A stretch of 64,000 nt of DNA from Bdellovibrionales bacterium (GCA_965203095.1 OZ241877.1:928001-992000); one strand, 5' to 3'. Counted from the stretch's first letter, positions 1-11,331 are shown. The notes: generated by a model from the letters alone, not told the origin. Numbers and translations: made by a program.

Positions 1-328
1 GTAAAGCCTGATGATAACTTAAACAGGCTAATTTGTGTTTTTTGTTTTTTAAAAAAATTTTGGCTTTTAATAAGTAGCCGTCTAAAGCAATGTCCGCAGA
101 TTGGTTGGCCTGAATAAAAGAGTCAATATTTTTTATTCTTTGTTTCCAAGGGAGATTGGTTTGTTTTTGAATGGCTTGCCAACTGTTTTGCTTTGCTTGC
201 TCTGTTTTTTTGGCAATAGATTTTTTAGGAGGGGTTTTAAACAGCTGGTTCTTTTCTAAACCAGTGCAACCCACAAGAAAAAAACTCACTAACAGAGTTT
301 TTAAAAATAAATTTTTATTTATATCCAT
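1..328 (-). CDS. Lipoprotein, 5' part only (runs off the window edge)
   Basis: Manual translation from ATG at 328: MDINKNLFLKTLLVSFFLVGC (lipobox LVGC), open to position 1; not in the ORF track. Confidence 0.6.
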   Translation of the reverse strand, partial: MDINKNLFLKTLLVSFFLVGCTGLEKNQLFKTPPKKSIAKKTEQAKQNSWQAIQKQTNLPWKQRIKNIDSFIQANQSADIALDGYLLKAKIFLKNKKHKLACLSYHQAL

Positions 329-1244
329 GTTTTTTGTTTAACTCCTGCACTATTTTTTGAAACTTTAAAACTTTAGGATAAATAAAAGGAGAATCTTTAA
401 ATTTAGCTACATAAATTTTTTGTTGAGCAAAAGGTAAGCTCTCCATTTGTCTTTGAATTTTTAAGCCGTCTTTTTTTGGGTAATCTATAAAAATTTTTGT
501 AAATAAATCTCCTTTATCTCCTTTTAAATTTTTAGGAAGGCCATAGCCCTCTATTTTTAACAACTGTTGGTGGCGGACTGGAGGCTTTAAATTCACATTT
601 AAAAAGCCGTAAGGAGAGGGTATTTTAATAGAGCCTCCCTGAAAAGCCAAAACAAAAGGTATTGGCATTTCCACAATCAGATCAGCTGAACCTTTAACAA
701 TATGAAATATTTTGTGTGGCCGGACTTGAATGCGAACATAGAGGTCGCCCAACTGTTTTTTGCCTTCACCCCCTCCTTTACCTTTAAATCGAAGTCTTTG
801 GCCCGACCGTGCCCCTAAAGGAGGTTGAACCTTAAGAAAGCTTTTGAGTTTTTGGCCATTGACCAATTTAAGGTAGTGAATGATTTTTGAACGGGGCCGG
901 CACAAGTCCTCTAAAGAGATTTTTAAAGTGATTTCCAGATCAACAGGCTTTTCCTTCACCGGAGCGGGCTGGGCAGGCACCGGAAATGGCATAAGCTTTT
1001 CCCTTCGGTTTTTTTGAAATAAAGCCAACTGCTCGTTAAATTTTTTTCTTTTTGTTGGGTCTTTTAAAATTTGATAAGCAGAATTGATTTGTTGAAACTT
1101 TTTTTCTGCCAGTTTATTTCCTTGGTTTTTGTCGGGATGATAAGTTTGAGCCAATTTAAGGTAAGCTTTTTTGATTTCCTGGCTTTTGGCTTGAGGAGAC
1201 ACATTTAAAACAAGATAAAAATTAGTTTGACTCTTCCTCTGCAA
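315..1244 (-). CDS. DnaJ-class chaperone (J domain + C-terminal domain, no Zn finger; CbpA-like)
   Basis: HPDKN motif in the N-terminal J domain; GDLYV/GDLF motifs of the DnaJ C-terminal domain; next to grpE. Confidence 0.9.
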   Translation of the reverse strand: MQRKSQTNFYLVLNVSPQAKSQEIKKAYLKLAQTYHPDKNQGNKLAEKKFQQINSAYQILKDPTKRKKFNEQLALFQKNRREKLMPFPVPAQPAPVKEKPVDLEITLKISLEDLCRPRSKIIHYLKLVNGQKLKSFLKVQPPLGARSGQRLRFKGKGGGEGKKQLGDLYVRIQVRPHKIFHIVKGSADLIVEMPIPFVLAFQGGSIKIPSPYGFLNVNLKPPVRHQQLLKIEGYGLPKNLKGDKGDLFTKIFIDYPKKDGLKIQRQMESLPFAQQKIYVAKFKDSPFIYPKVLKFQKIVQELNKKHGYK

Positions 1245-1254
1245 AAGAGACTCC

Positions 1255-1956
1255 TCACCGGCTTTCCTGTTTTTTTGCTAAAACCACTTGGGCTGGACGG
1301 ATCACTTTACCATGCAGTTTATAGGCTTTTTTAAAAGTCTCCGCCACATGCCCTTCGGGAAAATCAGAGGTTTTGATATAACTTAAAGCCTCTTGGTAAG
1401 CGGGATCAAAAGCTTTTCCTTTGGGATCTAAGGTCTCTACACCAAAACGGCTCAAAACTTGGGAGAGCTTTTTTTGGATCATTTCCAATCCTTTTTTTAA
1501 ATTCTCAAATGACTTTTCTTTTTCAGCAGAAAGCATAGCCCGATCCAAATCATCTAAAACCTCATTAGCTAAAGACTGGATCAAAGACTCTCCTCCATAG
1601 CGAATCAAATGAATTTTCTCCTCCCCAGCTCGCCGTTTAAAATTTTCAAACTCTGCTCTTAAATACAAATTGTTTTCTAAAGACTTTTTGAGTTTTTCTT
1701 CAAGCTCTTGCCGTTCTTTCACTGTTAAAGAGGAAGGGCTGATTTTTTCTTTTAATAAACGAGAAGGTTTGAGTTTTTTATGAGTAGTCCCTTCAGGGCG
1801 GGGTTGTTTTTCCATAAAATGATTCTTGGTCTTTGGCTTGGAAGCTTTTTTTTGAGCCGGTTTTTCTGTTTGAGAAATTGTATGAGAGCTGGTTAGCGAG
1901 TGAGCTTTATTTGTCGGTTTCAAAAGCTTTTTTTTTGCTGATTTTTCACTGTTCAT
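1255..1956 (-). CDS. grpE: Nucleotide exchange factor GrpE with Lys-rich N-terminal extension
   Basis: LRAEFENFKRR, FDP and YKLHGKVIRPAQVV motifs. Confidence 0.95.
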   Translation of the reverse strand: MNSEKSAKKKLLKPTNKAHSLTSSHTISQTEKPAQKKASKPKTKNHFMEKQPRPEGTTHKKLKPSRLLKEKISPSSLTVKERQELEEKLKKSLENNLYLRAEFENFKRRAGEEKIHLIRYGGESLIQSLANEVLDDLDRAMLSAEKEKSFENLKKGLEMIQKKLSQVLSRFGVETLDPKGKAFDPAYQEALSYIKTSDFPEGHVAETFKKAYKLHGKVIRPAQVVLAKKQESR

Positions 1957-2181
1957 AAAAGTTTTATTCCTTTTTTATATAAAATAAAGCCTTTCTTTTT
2001 ACAAAAATAGAGCCTTTTCTCTTTTTTGTTAAGGTTTTTTATAAGAAATTTTGATTTTTATTATATTTAACATTTAAAAAAGGTCAAACAAAGGGCTTTT
2101 TTGCCGGCTTTAGGCTAAAAATCTATGATTTTTTCAATAAAATAGCTCTTAATATCTTGTTAAGGGCTTTTTTGCTGTAAA

Positions 2182-2712
2182 ATGGAAGTCATGCAAGAAA
2201 GCTCTAAAACATCTTTTAGAGAATACATTTCCAAAGAGCTGGAGCTTATCTCCTCCTCACTACCTTTTAATGTGAAAAACTACCTCATTGATTTACTGTG
2301 CTTTTATATCTCTTCCGATCGGTTTTTTGAAAAAAAAGCCGGCCAGTCTAAGTCTTATGAAAGAGCCTTAGCTGACCTCTATAAAAAAAGCCAAGCGGAA
2401 AGCCAACAAAGGGAAAAAATCTATATCTTTAAAAAAATGGGGGATTTCAGCTTGTATATTAGTGGTTTTTTTCGAGAAGCTGTAAAAAGAAAAATTGTCC
2501 ACATCAGCTATTATGAGATTATGGGGAAAAATGCTTATAATTTTGTCAGTTATTCTTATGGATCGAGGCCCAATGTTTTTAAAGAGTTAGCCTTAGAGTT
2601 TAAACATTTATCTCAAATTTTATTTTCTCTCCAAAAACGATCGGCAAAAAAACAGGATTCTAAGTATTTGTTAAATTTTTCCACCCCTCCTTCTAATCAA
2701 TTTTTAAACTGA
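2182..2712 (+). CDS. Conserved hypothetical protein
   Basis: 176-aa ORF with KKMGDFSLYISGFF...YYEIMG pattern; function unknown. Confidence 0.7.
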   Translation: MEVMQESSKTSFREYISKELELISSSLPFNVKNYLIDLLCFYISSDRFFEKKAGQSKSYERALADLYKKSQAESQQREKIYIFKKMGDFSLYISGFFREAVKRKIVHISYYEIMGKNAYNFVSYSYGSRPNVFKELALEFKHLSQILFSLQKRSAKKQDSKYLLNFSTPPSNQFLN

Positions 2713-2781
2713 ATCTCTAAAACTTAAGAGATTTTAATAAAATCAGTATACAAAAACAAATATTTCTTTTAATATGAGAGA

Positions 2782-3072
2782 ATGTTTGGTTTGGGTGGGA
2801 TAGAAATTCTTATTTTGATTGTAATTGCTTTTTTGGTTTTTGGGCCAAAAGAATTTCCCATAGTTGTAAAAAATTTTGTCAAACTCTTTAATGAGTTGCG
2901 ATCAATTTTTACAAGTGTTGAGTCAGAGTTTTATGATCTCAAAACAGAAGGCCAAAAACATGTTCAGAAAATCACTAAAGGCTTAGAAGAAGATTTTAAA
3001 GCTGTTGGGAGCATTCAAAAAGAAGATAGTAAAAAATCATCACAACAAGATCTAAATAAAGACGAAAAATAA
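2782..3072 (+). CDS. tatB: Twin-arginine translocase TatA/TatB family subunit
   Basis: MFGLGGIEILIL...VFGPKEFP N-terminus followed by an amphipathic helix. Confidence 0.8.
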   Translation: MFGLGGIEILILIVIAFLVFGPKEFPIVVKNFVKLFNELRSIFTSVESEFYDLKTEGQKHVQKITKGLEEDFKAVGSIQKEDSKKSSQQDLNKDEK

Positions 3073-3154
3073 GTTTTTAAAAACCCCTTGACCAATATTT
3101 TTTATTCGCCTGTAAACCTACCTCTGTCCTTTATCAAATAAAAGCCAGTCCTGC

Positions 3155-5233
3155 TCAAACCAAAAAGGGGGCTATCAACAAAGCCACTATGGACATAAGC
3201 TTAACAATAATGTTCATGGAAGGGCCGGTAGTGTCTTTAAAGGGGTCCCCCACAGTGTCGCCAATCACTGCTGAGGAGTGGCTGGCTGAACCTTTAGCCT
3301 CTCCTTTTATTTTGCCCTGCTCAATATATTTTTTAGCATTATCCCAAGCTCCTCCGGAATTAGCCATAAAAAGAGCTAAGGTCACACCTGTGACTAAAGA
3401 GCCTGCTAAAGCTCCTCCTAAGGCGGATGGCCCAAGGATAAAACCAATAGCTACCGGGGTCAAAACAGCCGTCACACCAGGAAGAATCATTTCTTTAAGG
3501 GCTGATTTAGTCGATATCTCCACACATTTTGCAGTGTCTGGTGCCACTTTGCCCTCTAATAAACCTTTAATCTCTTTAAACTGGCGACGAATTTCATCCA
3601 CCATCCGGCTGGCCGCACGGCCAACAGAGGTCATAGTCAAACTGGCACAAAACAAAACCACCATAGCCCCAAGAAAAAGCCCTGTCACCACTTGTGGATT
3701 GGTAATGTCCATAGTGATATTTGCTCCTTTAGCTAAAAGGGCCTGTTTAAAAGCTACAAAAAGAGCCAAAGCCGTTAAAGCGGCAGAACCAATGGCAAAA
3801 CCTTTCCCAATAGCGGCAGTGGTGTTGCCTAAAGCGTCTAACTGATCGGTGATTTTTCGTGTTTCAGGACCTAAGCCCGCCATTTCTGCAATACCGCCAG
3901 CATTGTCCGCCACAGGGCCGTAAGCATCGATAGTCATAGTGATTCCCACAGTGGCCAGCATTCCCACAGCAGAGATGGCAATCCCATACAAGCCACAAGT
4001 CCAAAACGAAAAAGCAATAATTGTAGAAATTATAAATAAAGGGATGGCACAAGACTCCAAACCCAAAGCCACACCAGAGATAATGTTTGTTGCAGGCCCC
4101 GTTTTAGAAGCTTTGACAATGCGATAAACTGGCCGGCCCGCAGTGTAAAACTCCGTCACTTTACCAATTAAAATACCGCCCACTTGGCCCGCTAAAATCA
4201 CATAGAACAGTTTAAAACTCGCCCCATTAAAAAGCAAAAAACCAGCAGTCATAGATAAAAACAACAAACCACTGATCAGCTCCGCACCAGCTAAGGCCAA
4301 AGAAGGTTTTTGCCCTTTAAGAACCTTTATGCAAAAAATGCCAACAAAGGAGGAAAACAAACCCAAAACAGCCAACCATATCGGCAGAATCATTAAAAAA
4401 GATCGAGGAAGAGTATCAAAAAGCTCTGTAATTTTACTAACACTCATTGTGACGGCCAAAGTGATGGAGGCCACCATAGCTCCGACATAGGATTCAAAAA
4501 TATCTGCACCCATTCCCGCCACATCTCCCACATTGTCTCCCACATTGTCAGCAATGACACCGGGATTTCGAGGGTCATCTTCAGGTATGCCGGCTTCCAC
4601 CTTACCTGCTAAATCCGCCCCCACATCCGCGGCTTTGGTAAAAATTCCTCCTCCTACACGGGCAAAAAGGGCGATAGAGGACGCTCCCATAGAAAAGCCA
4701 GATATAATAGACAAAACAGGAGAAGTTTTTAAAAAATCATCCAGCATATTTCCTATGTCGCTAAACCCAAGAGGGACAGAAGAAAACAACAAAAAACCTA
4801 AACCTAAAAGACCTAAGCTGGCTACGGAAAGCCCCATCACTGCCCCACTGTTAAAGGCCACTAAAAGGGCTGGACCTGTGCCCGACTCCTTAGCCGCTTG
4901 AGCTGTGCGAACATTGCCTAAAGTGGCTGTCCTCATCCCAATACCTCCCGCTAAGGCCGAACAAAGTGCACCTATAAAAAAGGCAAATCCCACATTCCAT
5001 GAAAACCACAGGCTCAAAAGCAAGGCCACCACAGCAACAAAAATGCTCAAAATACCGGCTTCTGCTTTTAAAAAGGCCATAGACCCAAGGCGAATATGCT
5101 CAGCTATTTCTTGCATTTTTGCAGAACCAGGAGCTTGTTTTTTAATATCAAAATACAAAAAGCCCGCTAAAGTAAGCCCCGCACCGGCAGATAAAAGAAT
5201 AAACAGTAAATTTTGAAATATTGAAAAATCCAT
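3155..5233 (-). CDS. hppA: Membrane ion-translocating pyrophosphatase, K+-dependent type
   Basis: [20 protein letters not shown] and [10 protein letters not shown] motifs; GNTTAA (Ala) signature of K+-dependent enzymes. Confidence 0.95.
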   Translation of the reverse strand: MDFSIFQNLLFILLSAGAGLTLAGFLYFDIKKQAPGSAKMQEIAEHIRLGSMAFLKAEAGILSIFVAVVALLLSLWFSWNVGFAFFIGALCSALAGGIGMRTATLGNVRTAQAAKESGTGPALLVAFNSGAVMGLSVASLGLLGLGFLLFSSVPLGFSDIGNMLDDFLKTSPVLSIISGFSMGASSIALFARVGGGIFTKAADVGADLAGKVEAGIPEDDPRNPGVIADNVGDNVGDVAGMGADIFESYVGAMVASITLAVTMSVSKITELFDTLPRSFLMILPIWLAVLGLFSSFVGIFCIKVLKGQKPSLALAGAELISGLLFLSMTAGFLLFNGASFKLFYVILAGQVGGILIGKVTEFYTAGRPVYRIVKASKTGPATNIISGVALGLESCAIPLFIISTIIAFSFWTCGLYGIAISAVGMLATVGITMTIDAYGPVADNAGGIAEMAGLGPETRKITDQLDALGNTTAAIGKGFAIGSAALTALALFVAFKQALLAKGANITMDITNPQVVTGLFLGAMVVLFCASLTMTSVGRAASRMVDEIRRQFKEIKGLLEGKVAPDTAKCVEISTKSALKEMILPGVTAVLTPVAIGFILGPSALGGALAGSLVTGVTLALFMANSGGAWDNAKKYIEQGKIKGEAKGSASHSSAVIGDTVGDPFKDTTGPSMNIIVKLMSIVALLIAPFLV

Positions 5234-5558
5234 TACTTTTCCTTATGGCTATTCTGGTTTGTAAGCTTTTAAAAGCTAAGGCTCTATTCTCGTCCTTTTT
5301 ATTAAAGTTGAAAGATCAATTGTTTTTTTAACCAGCAACATTTTTACATTCAACATAAAAATAAGTTTTTTTATAAGCTTGTCAAAGCTTTTCTGGATTT
5401 CCGTTTCATTTCCGTCTCTCATTTCCGTCTCCAGGGGAGCCTAAGCTTTTAGGCAAATGGAAGGGTCCAAGGTCTTTTTCTCGCGAACAAGCTGGACTTT
5501 TACTTATGCGATCTTTTAAATGTAGACTTTTTTATGGACGACTATAGTATAAAACATT

Positions 5559-5930
5559 ATGAGTTATAATTTTTATAGTGCTCTCCATTTGGGGGCGATT
5601 TTACTCTTGGGGCTGACACTGGGCGGGCTTTGGGGTATTTACACTCATCCAAAAGACAACAAAAAGCTGAAAGCCGTTTTGGTAGGTGCAAATGGCTTGA
5701 GCCTTTTCTTGATTTTTTTTGCTGGTTTTGGCTTGATAGCCAAAACTTCACTGGATTTTCCCTGGCCTTGGTGGATTTACGGGAAAATGGCTATTTGGCT
5801 GATCTTAGGTTCTTTGCCTTTTTTTATTAGAAAAAGTTCTCAAAAACAAAAAATTCATCGTGGGCTTTTGCCTTTGATATTTTTTCTAATGCTTACAGCC
5901 CTTCTCATTGTCCGCATAAAGCCAATATAA
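5559..5930 (+). CDS. Small 4-TM membrane protein (SirB2-like)
   Basis: Four hydrophobic segments; WPWWIYGKMAIW motif. Confidence 0.6.
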   Translation: MSYNFYSALHLGAILLLGLTLGGLWGIYTHPKDNKKLKAVLVGANGLSLFLIFFAGFGLIAKTSLDFPWPWWIYGKMAIWLILGSLPFFIRKSSQKQKIHRGLLPLIFFLMLTALLIVRIKPI

Positions 5931-6041
5931 ATTGGCCTCTTCCTTTTGAATCCTTTGTTTTAATTGCCTATAACTGAGACTTGTATAAATATAGAATTAT
6001 TTTCTTGTTTTTCTAACAGATCTTTTGTATGCAGGTCCTCT

Positions 6042-6464
6042 ATGGCTGAAAAAGAGAGTTTAAGATTGTATGAACAGGTGGTAGTTCTCCATATAGACAG
6101 CTCCGAGCAGGAGCAGATGGAAGTTTGCCAACTGACCGCTAACATTGTTGAAAAACAAAAGGGGGAAGTTTTTAGGGTGGACACTTGGGGATCACGCCCG
6201 ATAGCCAATCCTAAGGCCAAAAAAGCCAGTAGAGGTTGGTATTTTTACATGTTGTTTTCCGCCTCTGCCAATGCCATAGCGGAGATCAGAAAACAACTTT
6301 CCATTAACAAAAAAACCCTTTATTTTCACCAAGAGAGATTGCCCAAGAAGGAAACTCCAGAGAGTCATGTAAAAAAATTTCTCCAAGGTTTAGAGCAAAC
6401 GGCAGAAAAGGAAAGGGAAAGAGCAATTAGAAAACAAAAAAGACAGCGGGGGAACAGGCCTTAA
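6042..6464 (+). CDS. rpsF: 30S ribosomal protein S6
   Basis: LYEQVVVLH and DTWGSRPIANP motifs; upstream of rplI; start placed at MAEKES (6042). Confidence 0.8.
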   Translation: MAEKESLRLYEQVVVLHIDSSEQEQMEVCQLTANIVEKQKGEVFRVDTWGSRPIANPKAKKASRGWYFYMLFSASANAIAEIRKQLSINKKTLYFHQERLPKKETPESHVKKFLQGLEQTAEKERERAIRKQKRQRGNRP

Positions 6465-6482
6465 AACCTGAGTAAACACTAT

Positions 6483-6983
6483 ATGAAACTGATTTTACAA
6501 AAAGATGTGAAAAACCTTGGCAAGGCCGGGGATCTGGCACAAGTCAAAAAAGGCTATGCAAGAAATTTCCTCATTCCTCAAAAAAAGGCTATTCTTATAA
6601 ACAAAAAAAATCTAAAGGTCTGGAAACATCAACAAACTATTATCCTGGCCTGCAAAAAAAAGGCTGTGACTGATCGCAAAGTTTTAATTGAAAAGCTCTC
6701 CTCCATAAAGCTGGATTTTGAAAAGGAAAGCCAAAAAGATGGCCGGCTGTTTGGTTCTGTGACGGCTCATGAAATTTCTCAAGCTTTAGAAAAAAGGCAT
6801 AAGCTCAGTGTGGATAAAAGGGATATATCCCCTTCTACATTAAAAAGCACTGGAGAGCATAAAGCCACTATTCAATTAGATTCGGAGCATAAAACAGACA
6901 TTAGTATTTATATCAAAGGCAAACAGGTAAAGGAAAAAGAGGCCCCCTCCACCCCTTCTCAAGAAGAAAATTTAGACAATTAA
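6483..6983 (+). CDS. rplI: 50S ribosomal protein L9
   Basis: MKLILQKDVKNLGKAGD..VKKGYARNFLIP; GRLFGSVT. Confidence 0.97.
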   Translation: MKLILQKDVKNLGKAGDLAQVKKGYARNFLIPQKKAILINKKNLKVWKHQQTIILACKKKAVTDRKVLIEKLSSIKLDFEKESQKDGRLFGSVTAHEISQALEKRHKLSVDKRDISPSTLKSTGEHKATIQLDSEHKTDISIYIKGKQVKEKEAPSTPSQEENLDN

Positions 6984-7075
6984 TGTTTTTATGTCTTTTC
7001 CGATCATCAAGTTTTAGCGGGCTTTAGAGGCTCTTTGGATAAAAAAGAGGAAGGGCAAATTGCAGGAGAGCTAAT

Positions 7076-8209
7076 ATGGATACTTTTTTCACCAGTGAGT
7101 CGGTTTCAGAAGGGCATCCGGACAAATTAGCCGATCAAATAAGCGATGGGCTTTTAGATGCTTTTTTAAAACAAGACAAGAACAGTCGTGTGGCCTGTGA
7201 AGTCTTTTTAGCTAAAGGCTCAATCATTATCTCTGGGGAAGTGGACAGCAAAGCCTCCGTTGACATTGCTCAAACAGCTAAAGACATTATCCAAGCTATT
7301 GGCTATGATTCTGTGGATAAAGGGCTGGATTACAATGCTTGTAAATTTAAAATTCTTTTAAGCCCTCAAAGTGAAAATATCCGAACAGCTATTGGTTCTG
7401 GCGAAAATCAAGGAGCAGGGGATCAAGGCATTATGTTTGGCTATGCGGTGGATGAAACAAAAACGGCTATGCCTTTAAGCATTCATCTGGCTCACGATCT
7501 GGTTAAAAGTCTCTCTCTATTAAGGAAACAGGGGCATAACTTCCTATGGCCGGATTCCAAAAGTCAGGTGACTGTTCGGTATCAAAACGGTGAAATTAAA
7601 GACATTTCTCATGTTTTAATATCCACACAACATGATCCTTCTTTCAGCTTAAAAAAATTAGAAGAGTTCATTCGTGAGGAGCTTATTAAAAAAAGCATTC
7701 CTGAAAAATACTTGACTGAAAAAACAAAAATTATTGTCAACCCCGGAGGGATGTTCTCCTTGGGCGGGCCAGAGGCAGACTGTGGTCTCACTGGGCGAAA
7801 AATCATTGTGGACAGTTATGGAGGGCATGGTGCACATGGTGGGGGGGCTTTTTCCGGAAAAGATCCCTCCAAAGTGGATCGTTCTGGTGCTTATGTGGCT
7901 CGGCATATTGCTAAAAACATTGTCAAAGCCGGCTGGGCTAAAAAGTGCTTGATCCAACTGTCCTATGCTATAGGGCAAGCAGAACCTCTCAGTATTTGGA
8001 TTCAGCCTTTTAAGACTTCTGCCCTCAGCCGGGAGGAGATGGAAAAACAGATCACTGATCTTTGGGACCTCAAACCTTCTTCTATTATCAAAAGTTTAGA
8101 TCTTCTTAAGCGATCCTATTTGAAAACAGCATGTTATGGGCATTTTGGCCGGGAAGAGGAAAATTTTACTTGGGAAAGAACAGACAAAATAAAAGACTTA
8201 AACAAATAG
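7076..8209 (+). CDS. metK: S-adenosylmethionine synthetase
   Basis: FTSESVSEGHPDK, GAGDQG and GGGAFSGKDPSKVDRS motifs. Confidence 0.98.
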   Translation: MDTFFTSESVSEGHPDKLADQISDGLLDAFLKQDKNSRVACEVFLAKGSIIISGEVDSKASVDIAQTAKDIIQAIGYDSVDKGLDYNACKFKILLSPQSENIRTAIGSGENQGAGDQGIMFGYAVDETKTAMPLSIHLAHDLVKSLSLLRKQGHNFLWPDSKSQVTVRYQNGEIKDISHVLISTQHDPSFSLKKLEEFIREELIKKSIPEKYLTEKTKIIVNPGGMFSLGGPEADCGLTGRKIIVDSYGGHGAHGGGAFSGKDPSKVDRSGAYVARHIAKNIVKAGWAKKCLIQLSYAIGQAEPLSIWIQPFKTSALSREEMEKQITDLWDLKPSSIIKSLDLLKRSYLKTACYGHFGREEENFTWERTDKIKDLNK

Positions 8210-8509
8210 TTATTTTTTATTTAAACTTTTGTTAAATAAACCCACTTTAAACCAAAGTCGCTTTTTAGCTTTAACCTTAAACCTCTTTTGTGTTCTGGGA
8301 TCCGTCCCCGTATAGGCTTTATACTTTTTTAAACCAAAGGATGCAAAATTCCTCAGCTGAACCCTCTGGCCTCGTAAAATGGCTTGAGCTATCTCTTGAA
8401 AAACAGTGTCCACCAAAAGAGAAGCTGTTTTGATAGTCAAATTCTTTTTCTTAGCTATTTCATAAACTATATCTTGTTTGGTTTTGAATTTTTTGGTAAT
8501 CTTTCTCAT
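8210..8509 (-). CDS. HU/IHF-family DNA-binding protein
   Basis: RVQLRNFASF and YTGTDPRTQKRFKV arm; start placed at MRKITK behind a GAGG RBS. Confidence 0.85.
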   Translation of the reverse strand: MRKITKKFKTKQDIVYEIAKKKNLTIKTASLLVDTVFQEIAQAILRGQRVQLRNFASFGLKKYKAYTGTDPRTQKRFKVKAKKRLWFKVGLFNKSLNKK

Positions 8510-8583
8510 ATTACAGACCTCAAATTTAAAGGGCAACTCTCTTCATCCTTTACAAAATAAACAACATTTTTGTCAAGCTCAAA

Positions 8584-10260
8584 TTACATTAATTTGTAAT
8601 TAGGGCCACTTCCTCTCTCTTTAGGAGTCCATTTAGGGCCTAAAATGTCCGTGGCTTTGCAGTCTATACAGTTAGTGGGGGAAAGGCTTAACTCGCCTTC
8701 TTGTTTATAGACCCCGGCAGGGCACATTCTTTCATAAAAATGAGCCACTTCTAATGGTAAATCATGTCCCACAATTAAATGAGAGGGGATTTTGTCCCTA
8801 GTGCGATTCCCGGAAAGATAAACTATAGAGGATTTATCAGAGCTGGCTGAAGGAGGCCATTTTATTTTTTTCTTCACTTCACTGTCTGTTTTTAGTTGGG
8901 ACTTTTTAAAATTTTTAGGCCAGCGACCTTTTGTAAAAGTAATAAGACCCGCCCAGAGGAGCCCTAAAAATAGACCTTTTTGAAAAGACTGCCTTAAATT
9001 CCGAGATTTATAGAGATCTTTAAATATAAAACTGTTTTTTATTCTCTGATCATAATCTTTTAAACTTTCTGCTGAAAAATCTCTCTCTTTAAAAGCTTTA
9101 AAAAGAGTTTCAGCTGAATAATATCCTGAAGCCATAGCGTAGTGAATCCCTTTTAAAGAAGCCATATCCACAAAGCCTGCACTGTCGCCTAAAATCAAAA
9201 GCCCATCTCCGGAAATCCGGTGAGGGACAGCCTGCCAACCTCCTTCTGGAATAGTTTTTGCTCCCCATTCCACACATTTTCCGCCTTCAAGATATTTTTT
9301 AAATAAAGGATGCGTTTTTATCTTTTGCAGTTCATCTTGAACAGATAAATCCCCTGAGGGGGAATCTAAGCCCGCAACCAAACCCAATGAGATAAGTCCC
9401 TCCCCTAAAGGATAAAGCCAACTGCCTCCAAAAGTGTGGTGAGGGAGTGGCCAACCTATGCTATGAACAATTTTTTCCGGATCTTTTGGTGTTTGCCAAA
9501 TCTCCTTTACCCCTAAGGCATAAGTTTGAGGGTATAAACTCTGAATGTTTTGGCTCGAAAGATAGGCTTGACTGAGATGCCCCCGGCTCCCTTCAGCTAA
9601 AACAACCACTTTAGCAAAAATTTTATTGGGAGGATTAAAGTCCGCCTCTTTGGATCCGTCTTTGTTTCTGCCATATTCTTTAGACAAAACCCCTTTCACC
9701 TTGTTTTTATCCATTAAAAGTTTATCTGCCGGAAAAGAAGTGAAAATGTGCACACCCCTCAACTCAGCCTCTCGTGCTAAAAAACGAACTATCTCACAAA
9801 GAGAAGCTGTCCAATGACCCTGGTTTTTCATCCCCGGCGGAACAGGGAGAGGAAAAAACCGGTGCGAACTAAGATAATAAAAAGATTCTTTTTTGACTTC
9901 TTTTCTAAAAGGAAAATCCTTTATTTTTTTATCGGGAAAAAGCCAATGAAAAACCAAAGGATGAACTACAGCTCCGGAAAGGCTGTGCCCACCAATTTGA
10001 TCAGCCTTTTCCATAATGCCTATTTCTATATGGCATTTTTGACTTTTAGATAGATGGGCTAAATGAATGGCGGATGAGAGGCTGGCCGGGCCGGCCCCTA
10101 CAAATAAAACATCTAATTCTATAGAGTTTTCTTTAGACACTTCCCCTACAGGGGCAATAAAATCTTTAATGTTTATATTGGCTTGATAATCTGAAGGCCG
10201 GAAAACTTTCGAAATTTTCTTCTCCATTGGCCGGCGATAGAGAAATTTTAAAAAACTCAT
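8584..10260 (-). CDS. Electron transfer flavoprotein-quinone oxidoreductase
   Basis: VGAGPA FAD-binding motif, LGVKEIW, C-terminal CPAGVY/NCIDCKA Fe-S motifs. Confidence 0.92.
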   Translation of the reverse strand: MSFLKFLYRRPMEKKISKVFRPSDYQANINIKDFIAPVGEVSKENSIELDVLFVGAGPASLSSAIHLAHLSKSQKCHIEIGIMEKADQIGGHSLSGAVVHPLVFHWLFPDKKIKDFPFRKEVKKESFYYLSSHRFFPLPVPPGMKNQGHWTASLCEIVRFLAREAELRGVHIFTSFPADKLLMDKNKVKGVLSKEYGRNKDGSKEADFNPPNKIFAKVVVLAEGSRGHLSQAYLSSQNIQSLYPQTYALGVKEIWQTPKDPEKIVHSIGWPLPHHTFGGSWLYPLGEGLISLGLVAGLDSPSGDLSVQDELQKIKTHPLFKKYLEGGKCVEWGAKTIPEGGWQAVPHRISGDGLLILGDSAGFVDMASLKGIHYAMASGYYSAETLFKAFKERDFSAESLKDYDQRIKNSFIFKDLYKSRNLRQSFQKGLFLGLLWAGLITFTKGRWPKNFKKSQLKTDSEVKKKIKWPPSASSDKSSIVYLSGNRTRDKIPSHLIVGHDLPLEVAHFYERMCPAGVYKQEGELSLSPTNCIDCKATDILGPKWTPKERGSGPNYKLM

Positions 10261-10317
10261 AACTGTTTTAGCTTATGTAAAAAAAGAGTGTTTGTCCAAT
10301 AAAGAAATTTTTTAAAG

Positions 10318-11331
10318 CTATTTCTTTATTGGACTCTTTACAACCGGTGGAATATGTTTTTTTGAGGTGAGGCAATCTTCCCTTTCAAGAAACAAAAGCT
10401 TATATATGAAATACAAATTACCAAAAGGGATCCAAAGCCACAAACTCCACCAAACTGATTGATTTAAGCTTTTCAACCTTTGAATGCAAATGCGAAAGAG
10501 AATGAGAAACAGTGCAAAAGAGATTATCATAAAATCATAAAAAACTCCTCTTTCTTGAAGAACACCTCTGACAACAATGAGACTTAGCAAACACACTGTC
10601 GACAAAGCCATATAGGACAGGCTCAAATCGCTGTCTTCCGACAAAGATTGTTGGTCTTCTTTAGGCGATGATCCCTTTAAAGCTTTTTTTGACAGTTTTT
10701 TAGGATTCTCCTCTTCAATGGGCAGGCTACCTAAAGTTCTTTTGAAAATCCACCATTTCAACCTTATATGGTTTCTAAAAATCCGAAAGCTCAATTTAGA
10801 TATGCTTCTCATCCGCCGAGGATAAACCAAAAATAAAAACATAATAAAAAGTAAAATGATCTTTAATATATGAATAATGAATTGGATGACTGTGAGTTTT
10901 AGAATTTCTAACTGCCCTGTGGTCAAAAAGAAAAACAAAATCCAGAAAAAAACTAAGAGAGCAAAAAGCCATCGAAAACCAGATCGACTTAAAGGCTTTT
11001 TCAGCTGAAAATCAGGATTTAAAAAAACATGCCCCAAGGCAAAACAAAAAAAACAAAAAGCAGTTAAGAGCACAAGGTTTTGTGTTGAAAGATAAGTTAA
11101 GACTCGCCAACCATCCCAATAGACAAACGAAAGAAAAAGGATAAAGATAGCCCCTAAGGACAAAACGGAAATTACTGTTTTGTCCTTAATCTTTTCTTTT
11201 ATTTTTAAAAAAACAGAGGATTTTAAAGTGGATTTTGCTTTTTTTGATTTTTTTTGATTTTTTTGTTTTGTAGACAATTGAAAAACTTTCCTTAAAAAAT
11301 TTATGCCACTCCGCCCTATTAAGCCCACCAT
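10318..11331 (-). CDS. Membrane protein with C-terminal DUF805-like domain
   Basis: Multiple TM segments; QRLKSLNQSVWWSLWLWIPFGNL resembles the DUF805 motif; start uncertain. Confidence 0.6.
   Translation of the reverse strand: MVGLIGRSGINFLRKVFQLSTKQKNQKKSKKAKSTLKSSVFLKIKEKIKDKTVISVLSLGAIFILFLSFVYWDGWRVLTYLSTQNLVLLTAFCFFCFALGHVFLNPDFQLKKPLSRSGFRWLFALLVFFWILFFFLTTGQLEILKLTVIQFIIHILKIILLFIMFLFLVYPRRMRSISKLSFRIFRNHIRLKWWIFKRTLGSLPIEEENPKKLSKKALKGSSPKEDQQSLSEDSDLSLSYMALSTVCLLSLIVVRGVLQERGVFYDFMIISFALFLILFRICIQRLKSLNQSVWWSLWLWIPFGNLYFIYKLLFLEREDCLTSKKHIPPVVKSPIKK

Noticed and set aside
3189..5216. Plus-strand ORFs inside hppA
   Set aside because: Antisense shadows of a well-supported gene
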